Below are positions 24,035 through 31,617 of a DNA stretch of 31,617 nt, in pieces (position 1 is the stretch's first letter; every line of letters starts with the position of its first letter). This DNA comes from Octopus sinensis (Eukaryota): assembly GCF_006345805.1 (NCBI RefSeq), contig NW_021832207.1, forward strand, positions 1 to 31,617, given 5' to 3'. The notes under the pieces are model-generated. The model had not been told where the DNA came from. It saw only the letters and a list, made by a program, of their open reading frames with translations, and ran no database searches. A program made the position numbers and the translations under genes.

Positions 24035-24340
24035 ATTCAAGTCAAAATATTGCATATCACTACAGGTCCATTGACTGTCTTTGTCACATGTATGGAAGTT
24101 CCTGACCATTTTAACAATGCTATTTAAATTATAGTTCAGTTTATTGCTTATAATTGAAATGCATAAGTGGTATATATTCAGTATTAATTTGTCAAAATAT
24201 AACTTATTGCTACAGGCTACAGGTGCATTGACTGCCTTTGTTCCATGTATGGCATTTCTCAAACATTTTAACAATGTCATTTAAATTATAATTTAGTTTA
24301 TTCTTTATAATTTAAATGCATGGGTGGCATACATTTAGTT
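24035..24340 (+). repeat. Tandem duplication, unit about 150-157 bp
   Basis: gtcaaaatat at 24041 and 24191. ctacaggtScattgactg at 24060 and 24217. cattttaacaatg..atttaaattata occurs in both copies. Confidence 0.88.
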
Positions 24341-24914
24341 TTGTTTATATACTTATTCATATTTGAAAATCAGTTATTACAATATTGATGTTGTGGCTGA
24401 TATTGTTATTGTTTTGTTTTACCTATTGTGGCTAACAATTTATCCTTATATTGCATTTAAAATGCGTAATTTTTTTAGTGTTAATATTCAAATTAGAAAA
24501 AAGAGATTTAAAAAAGGTACAAACACATCATTTGTTCCTTTACAACTTGCTGTCCCAAGTGCCCAAATGAAATAGTTCCATCATTCTCCTGGAAGCACTG
24601 ATCTATATAATCCCCTCATAAAATTTCTGGTCTTTATTTTCCTTTTCCTTACTTGCTGAGTCTGAGAGAAGGTACAGATTCTATGAGACCTATGAGACTG
24701 ACGACATCAAAACCCCTGCAAGAGTTGCCTTGCAGGAAAGAAAAAGCAGGGGGGAATTTCAGAGAGGAAGGACAGATAGGGCATAGCGACTGGAGGCATA
24801 ACCTGGAGAAAGGACATGATAAGAGTTGAGGTATGTAAGGGCGATGTACCTATATTGGAACTCGTTAAAGCAGTAAGATTGTAGATTCCTAAAGCAGCCA
24901 ACATAAATTCCTGG

Positions 24915-24946
<32 letters not shown>

Positions 24947-25041
24947 AATCGTAACAATGATGAAGACAAAGATAAATAAATAAAGTGAAATTTATTTTTA
25001 AAAAATTGTTTCTGAGGGAAATCTTATTCATTCATTCTTTT

Positions 25042-25083
<42 letters not shown>

Positions 25084-25084
25084 G

Positions 25085-25095
<11 letters not shown>
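24915..25095. repeat. (GAT)n and (ATC)n microsatellites
   Basis: Directly visible. Confidence 0.93.
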
Positions 25096-25115
<20 letters not shown>

Positions 25116-26167
25116 TTTCAAGCTTCAGTTTGAAGAACAACAAACATTCTCACTAAATACATTTATTTTATATTGTTTATTTAATGTATTGAAAGTAACA
25201 TCTATACATACATACATACATCAACATATACACACACACATATATGTACATGAATATATGCATATATACATGCACATACATACACACGCACACAAACACT
25301 GACACACACAAACACACACAAACACAGCTCACCCACGCATAAAACAAATCTATATGTATTTACACACACACACACTCACATACATATATATATAAATACA
25401 TACATACATATACACATACATGCAAAGAAAAGAACCACACATATTGACACACGCATATACATATACGCATACGCACAACCAGAGTATTAAAAGACAAACT
25501 ATACAGAAAAAGAAAAGAAAAAAATGTAAAACAAAACTGCAAATAAAAAAGATAAAAGGAATGAGAAGATAAAAAAAAAACAGGTGTGTAATTTAAATAA
25601 TTTTAGTAAACTTCTAATTTTTGGTTTGCCTCAATAAAAAACAAATAAGAAAAATATTTATAAAAAAAATATTAAAAATAACTAAAAAAAAACTGTACAA
25701 AAATTATAAGAACTGCAACAAATTAAATAAAAGAGCATAGCTTTGAAAAACTATAATTTAAAACAATTATCACGGTAAAATTATAATTATAATTAAAGTT
25801 ATAATTATAATCACAATAAGAAAAAACAAAAATGTCAGGGATAAATTAGAAAGAGGCCGTAAAACTATTGGATATATATAAATTGGGGAAAATAAATAAA
25901 AAAGGAAACCAACAACTGCTGCTGCTGCCACTGCTACTACTGCCAAACCATGACCACCACTACCAAGACTAAAAATCACTGCTGCCACTACTACAACAAT
26001 TAGTACCACCATTGGCACTAATACCACTGTGACAGCTACAACTACCACATCAACATCATCACTACCACCACCACTACTACAACTACTATTGCTGCTACTA
26101 CTATAGGTACAATGCTCGAAATTTTGGGTGAGGAGGGTAGTCAAATATACCACATACCATTCTCAAT

Positions 26168-26386
26168 AATCCTTTCTCTTATAGGCACAAGGCTTGAAAT
26201 TTTGGGGAAGGGTATATGTATGTCAATTGCATTGATCCCCCAGTACACAACTGGTACTTATTTTATTGACCCTGAAAGGATGAAAGGCAAAGTCAACCTC
26301 AGCAGAATTTGAACTCAGAACATAAAGATACAAAATACTGCTAGCCATTTCGCCTAGTGTGCTAACGCTTCTGCCAGCTTGCCATT
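26168..26386 (-). mobile_element. SINE family B, full length, preceded by a tail fragment at 26097-26146
   Basis: Colinear with the other family B copies. Confidence 0.9.
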
Positions 26387-26401
26387 ACAATAAATAATAA
26401 T

Positions 26402-26767
26402 AAGAGCACTCAGAGAGCACAAAGCCTCTGCTAAGGCACTACTGTCTTCTCAACGACTAGCCAGAGACAAGTTTTAAAATGAGAATATCTGAAATAAACT
26501 CGACTGCTCTCACAAGCGAGAATACTAATAAGGGATCTGACTGCTCTTAAAAATTAAATTTTAATAAACAGGAAAATTAATCCAGAATCCTTGTCTGGAA
26601 CTGGATTGATGCCAAATTCTAGTCAGTTCATGCCAATCAAGAGGCCAAACATCGCTGAAAGTTTCATCAGAATCCATTCAGTGGTTCTTGAGATATCTGG
26701 TCCCTAGACAAACAAACCAACAAATACAACTGAAAACAGACCCCTGCCTTAGCGAAGGCGGAGGAAA
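26402..26767 (+). mobile_element. Non-autonomous rolling-circle-like element (Helentron/HINE-like)
   Basis: 3' hairpin GCCTT-agcg-AAGGC followed by GGAGG. The subterminal cctctgct near the 5' end is approximately complementary to the 3' ggcggagg. There is a short caaa repeat before the hairpin, flanks are AAT-rich, and no TSD is visible. The class assignment is inferred from this architecture. Confidence 0.5.
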
Positions 26768-26768
26768 T

Positions 26769-26986
26769 AATCCTTTCTGCTAAAGGTACAAGGCCTGAAA
26801 TTTTGTGGAGGGGTATAAGTCAATTGCATTGACTCCAGTACACAACTGGTACTTATTTTATCGACACTGAAAGGAGGAAAGGGAAAGTTGATCTCAGCAG
26901 AATTTCAACTCAGAACATGAAGACAGATAAAGTACCACTAAGCATTCTACTCGGCATACAAACAATTCTGCCAGCTCTTAGCCTTA
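26769..26986 (-). mobile_element. SINE family B
   Basis: Colinear with the other family B copies. Confidence 0.88.
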
Positions 26987-27021
26987 ATAACAATAATAAT
27001 AATAATTATTATTATTAATTA

Positions 27022-27231
27022 TTCAAATTTGGCACAAGGCCAGTAATTTAGGGGGAGGGGTTAGTCAATCACATCAACCTCAGTGAGCAACTGGTACTTA
27101 TTTTATAGGCCCCGAAAGGTGGAACGGCAAGGCCAACTCCAGTGGAATTTGAACTCAGAGCGTAACAACAGACGAAATACTGCTAAGCATTTTGCCTGGC
27201 ATGCTAAATGATTCTGCCAGCTCGCTACCTT
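27022..27231 (-). mobile_element. SINE family B
   Basis: Colinear with the other family B copies. Confidence 0.88.
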
Positions 27232-27282
<51 letters not shown>

Positions 27283-27306
27283 GATGATGATGATGATGAT
27301 GATGAG

Positions 27307-27520
27307 CCTATCTACTGGAAGCACAATGCCTTTGAATTTGGGGGAAAGGATTAAGTCAATTACATCGACCCCAGTGCGAAACTGGTACTTATTTAATCAA
27401 TCCCAAGAGGATGAAAGACAAAGTCAACCCCGGTGGAATTTGAACTCAGAACATAGCGGCAGATGAAATACTGCAAAGCATTTCACCCGGCATGCTAACA
27501 ATTCTGCCAGCTCATTACTT
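27307..27520 (-). mobile_element. SINE family B
   Basis: Colinear with the other family B copies; separated from the previous copy by (AAT)n(GAT)n. Confidence 0.88.
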
Positions 27521-27924
27521 CCTGAAGAAGAATGATAATAATAATAATAATAAAATAATAATAATAAATAATAATAATAATAATGATAATAATAATGATA
27601 AAGATGATGATGACTATGATGATGATGAATATAATGAGGCCAACAAACAAAAATCTAATGTGGTGAATGTTAATAAGCAAACAAAAAAAAAAAAAGAAAA
27701 AGAAAATATAAAATTCAGAGTACAAAACCCTTGCACTTCTATTATAAAATCAAACAGGGTTAACGAGTAAAAAGTATTATCATAATTAATAAGATTGTAT
27801 GACAGAAATTACGTTATAGATATTATTAGTTCATATTAATTGAGGCGGGGTAGGGTAGGGTGTGGACTTGGGTTCACTCAACAGTTCTTTTTATTTGTTT
27901 CGTTTTTGTTTTTTTTTTATCGTT

Positions 27925-28365
27925 TATCTTTTACTTCTTTCAGGCACTGGATAGGAGCCAGGCTGGAGCACTGGCTTGGAGGGTTTTAGTCAAACAATTC
28001 AATCCTGAAAGTCATTTTTTTTTAAATATTAAAGCCTGATACTTATTCTGTTGCTCTCTTTTGCTGAACTACTAAGTTATAGGGGGATGTAAACAAACCA
28101 ACACCAGTTGTAAAATGAAGCGGAGAGACACAGACATACACATATTTATGTGTGTGTATATCATCATCGTTTAACGTCCGCTTTCCATGCTAGCATGGGT
28201 TATATAAATATATATATATGGTGGGGTTCTTTTAGTTTCCATCTACCAAATCTACTCAAAAAGCTTTTGCTCAGCCCATGGCTTTGAAAGAAGCCACTTG
28301 CCCAAGGAGCTGCACAGTGGGACAGAACCTAAGGCTACATGGTTGAAAAGCAAACTTCTCATTCA
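27925..28365 (-). mobile_element. Old, fragmented SINE family A copy
   Basis: 3' half at 27925-28135 and 5' half at 28225-28365, interrupted by a short RTE-like tail at 28160-28200. Confidence 0.6.
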
Positions 28366-28545
28366 TACATCTTGTTTGTTTTTGCTATTAGATTCTTTTA
28401 ACTATGGGTTTGGTGGCTGAGCAAAATTTAAGAACTGACATAATTTGAGAGTCATTTAAAAAAAAATTTATATTTACTTATAATAAATTTTGCTTTTATT
28501 AACTTCATGTTCTAAATACTGATCTAACATTTACAACTATTTCTT

Positions 28546-28653
28546 ATTTCTTTACTGCTCACAAGGGGCTACACAAAGAGGGGACAGACAAGAACAGACA
28601 AAGGGATTAAGTTGATTATATCGATGCTAACATTTCTGCCAGCTTGTCACCTT
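28546..28653 (-). mobile_element. Internally deleted 108-bp SINE family B copy with a 19-bp TSD
   Basis: acatttacaactatttctt occurs at 28527-28545 and 28654-28672. The head is fused directly to the variant tail. Confidence 0.85.
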
Positions 28654-28673
28654 ACATTTACAACTATTTCTTG

Positions 28674-28800
28674 TTGGACAAGATACTTAACACCACCATT
28701 TCTCCTGGCGCCGAGTTCAAATACAGCCAAGGTCAACTTTGCCTTTTATCGTCTTTTTAGTGGGTGGGTGGCTGGGAAGGATAAAATAAGATCCCAATCG
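28674..28800 (+). mobile_element. Degenerate SINE family B fragment
   Basis: gagttcaaatacagccaaggtcaactttgcctttt...gataaaataag. Confidence 0.6.
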
Positions 28801-29704
28801 AATATAATCAATATTGTCTAGTGGCAATATTCAACGTGAAACCTACGGTAACATTCTAATTAGTTAGATATGGTATAACCAGGTATTTATTGCTTGATTA
28901 AAAATACTCCTATTCTGTTACTTATACTGTGTATGTTTTTGTTTGTGACATACCAACATCTGAAGAGGATGATGATGATTATGATATCGATGAGAGAAGG
29001 TGGGTGATGATGGCCATCATCATAACAAAGAGGAAGTAGTTATTACAATGATGATGAGAAGGAGGAAGAGAAGGAGACAGTAGGGAAGAAGGAGGATAGT
29101 GATAATGATGATGATGAGGAGGATAGTGATGATGATGAGGAGGAGGGTGAGGAGGACAAGGATAAAATACTATCTGAGGCATAGGAAATAAGTAAAATGT
29201 TTGTAGAAATTAAGTAAACACGCACACATGCATACATAATATAATTGCACTGATGGCACAGTCACGCATTACACACACACACACACATTCTGAATGGAAA
29301 AGCCTCAAACTGCCATCAGTGTAGATAAGCAGTGACCGATTTAACTATTTAATGACAAATCACTATATATGTCTGTGTGTGTATGTGTATGTGTGTACAT
29401 ATGTATGTGTGTGTGTATGTATATACACATGCACACATTCACTAACACAAACACGCATATATTGGCTTTAATTCAGAAATTTTGATTGACATTTCTATTC
29501 ATTATTTTCACCTACAAACATCAAAGTATGCCTCTATACCAGTTCCTTTTTTTAAGTGTGTGCATTTGTGTGTGTGTATGTGTGCATGTGTATTTATGCA
29601 GAACTGGAATAAAGTAGAATGGAAAAGAGGTCAAAGAAAGACCTTGACCACTTTCATTCAAATGAAGATATCCTGTAATAGCAATTAAAGTATTAATAAT
29701 AATG

Positions 29705-29988
29705 ACGGACTCTCCTGTCAAAGACAATATATGAATGTTCAGCTTATGCCGAACAACCTGCACAAATGATTTGTTTATGGTAATCAAATGTTCACGTTAC
29801 ATATCAGCTCATTCTCTTCATCGAATGAATATTATCTGAACAAGTGCACGGTGTACCACATATTAGGTGTCGGATGAGATGGAATGTTTTGCTGAAGAAC
29901 ACAATGCACTACCCAGTCAAGAAATTGAAACCACGATCATGAGATCGTGTGTGCAACACCCCAGCCACTAGGCCATGTGCCCTCACTA
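29705..29988 (-). mobile_element. tRNA-derived SINE family C
   Basis: Homologous to 9108-9398: ggactctcctgtca...ccgaacaac...tttgctgaagaacacaa...ccactaggcca. Confidence 0.75.
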
Positions 29989-30197
29989 AAACTAGGCTGG
30001 ATCACAGATATAGCATAGATATAGGCGCAGGAGTGGCTGTGTGGCAAGTAGCTTGCTTACGAACCACATGGTTCCGGGTTCAGTCCTACTGCTTGGCACC
30101 TTGGGCAAGTGTCTTTTACTACAGCCTCGGGCCGACCAAAGCCTTATGAGTGGATTTGGTAGACGGAAACTGAAAGAAGCCCGTCGTATATATGTAC

Positions 30198-30239
<42 letters not shown>

Positions 30240-30790
30240 ATGTTTGTGTGTCTGTGTTTGTCCCCGCCAACATTGCTTGACAACAGATGCTGGTGTGTTT
30301 ACGTTCCCGTAACTTACCAGTTCAGTAAAAGAGACCGATAGAATAAGTACTAGGCTTATAAAGAATAAGTCCTGGGGTCGATGTGCTTGACTAAAGGCAG
30401 TGCTCCAGCATGGCCACAGTCAAATGACTAACACAAGTAAAGAGTATAGTACGCCTATCTGACAACAAGGTATGCGATAAGGAAGAAAGAAAAGTTGAGA
30501 GATATGACAGGAAGTTAATCAGTTGTGGTCGATGAAAAAGATAGCAGTGGTACCGATAATTGTTGGAGCCCTGGGAACAGAGAGCAAAAATCGTGAAAAG
30601 TACGTGGAACAAATAGGGGCTGCAATAAGGGCGGAGCACTTGCAGAAAACAGCATTGCTTGGAACTGCTCGAATGCTCCGGAAAGTGCTCGAAAAATAAG
30701 AGGTGTTACTTTAGTTCACTGGTAGTGAACAGTTGACACTGTAGCACATCTCCAGTGTTAGAAGCTGTACAAAGGCAATAATAATAATAA
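29989..30790 (+). mobile_element. 3' end of an R4/Dong-type (restriction-like endonuclease) LINE, interrupted by a SINE
   Basis: KLGWITDIA [SINE] SDNKVCDKEERKVERYD / EVNQLWSMKKIAVVPIIVGALGTESKNREKYVEQIGAAIRAEHLQKTALLGTARMLRKVLEK* (stop at 30697-30699). This matches the RLE C-terminal motifs IDIACP, VPIVIGALG and LQK.ALLGT..ILR.VL. It ends in (AAT)n. Confidence 0.88.
30024..30446 (+). mobile_element. Full-length SINE family A nested in the R4-type LINE
   Basis: Colinear with 4359-4782. Confidence 0.93.
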
Positions 30791-31000
30791 TCCTTTCTAC
30801 TATAGGCACAAGGCCTGAAATATGCGAGGAGGGGTTTAGTCGATCACATCAACCCCAGTACTTGACTGGTACTTAATTTATCAAACCTGAAAGGATTAAA
30901 GGCAAAGTCAACCTCAACGGAATTTGAACTCGGAACATAAAGACAAACTGTCACTAAGCATGATGCCTGACATACTACAGTTCTGCCAGCTTGCCACTTT
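30789..31000 (-). mobile_element. SINE family B
   Basis: Colinear with the other family B copies. Confidence 0.88.
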
Positions 31001-31309
31001 AATAATATCAATGATAATAATAATAATAATAATAATGATAATAATAATAATGATAATAATAATAACGTATTAATGATACATTAATTATAAAGAAGATGAT
31101 AATTATTCATTAATAAATAAGTAGCTTTTGCCATTAGTAGAAACAGGTAAAAGAGGTGTAGAAAATATGGTAAGAAAAAGATGAAGATGAGCAGAAGACA
31201 TTGCGTACAAGTGTGTTTCTATGCGAGACTGTATGTATATATACACACACACATATATATTAATATACATATTCTTACATTGTACATACATATTCAAATA
31301 TATAAAATT

Positions 31310-31359
<50 letters not shown>

Positions 31360-31361
<2 letters not shown>

Positions 31362-31465
31362 CATCATCATCATCATCATTGTTTAACGTCCGCTTTCCAT
31401 GCTAGTGTGGGTTGGACGGTTCAACTGGGGTCTGGGAAGCCTGAAGCTGCACCAGGCCCAGTCAG
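31360..31465 (-). mobile_element. RTE-like retroposon 3' end
   Basis: tcatcatcattgtttaacgtccgctttccatgctag is the reverse complement of the family tail. Confidence 0.65.
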
Positions 31466-31617
31466 ATCTATACATACACACACACACACATATATATACG
31501 GACACACATAAATATATATTTGAACAAGTATTATATATATATATATATGCAAACACACACATATATATTATCATCATCATCATTTAAGTCCATAGGTATG
31601 TTATTATATATCATATT

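Noticed and set aside
24640-24905. Purine-rich unique segment with a plus-strand GAG|GTATGT donor-like site as an antisense exon
   Set aside because: There is no acceptor, ORF homology or other support in the sequence alone.
30024-30699. SINE-LINE template-switch chimera
   Set aside because: LINE coding sequence (KLGWITDIA) continues upstream of the SINE, so this is a simple nested insertion.

Overview
AT-rich eukaryotic DNA, very dense in microsatellites and SINEs. The repeat families look like those of octopod cephalopods (inferred from recalled repeat motifs, no database search). The only supportable protein-coding segment is one 155-nt minus-strand exon (5688-5842) encoding the Prospero/PROX1 homeodomain ([52 protein letters not shown]). 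Its upstream boundary has no AG acceptor. Instead it carries a minor-spliceosome (U12) signature, TTCCTTAAC-tgtcactAC|, at the position of the AT-AC intron known from Drosophila prospero (the twintron) and vertebrate PROX1. I found no matching ATATCCTT donor and no other Prospero exon, so the rest of the window appears intronic: a U12 intron longer than 25.7 kb upstream and a GT-type intron longer than 5.6 kb downstream. The introns hold more than 25 tRNA-derived SINE copies or fragments, L1/Tx1 and R4/Dong LINE 3' ends, an internally deleted maT-like mariner, a piggyBac-type MITE, a Helentron/HINE-like element, several local duplications and a few TE-free islands. Nearly all other listed ORFs are microsatellite artefacts. 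All repeat boundaries were read by eye and are approximate.
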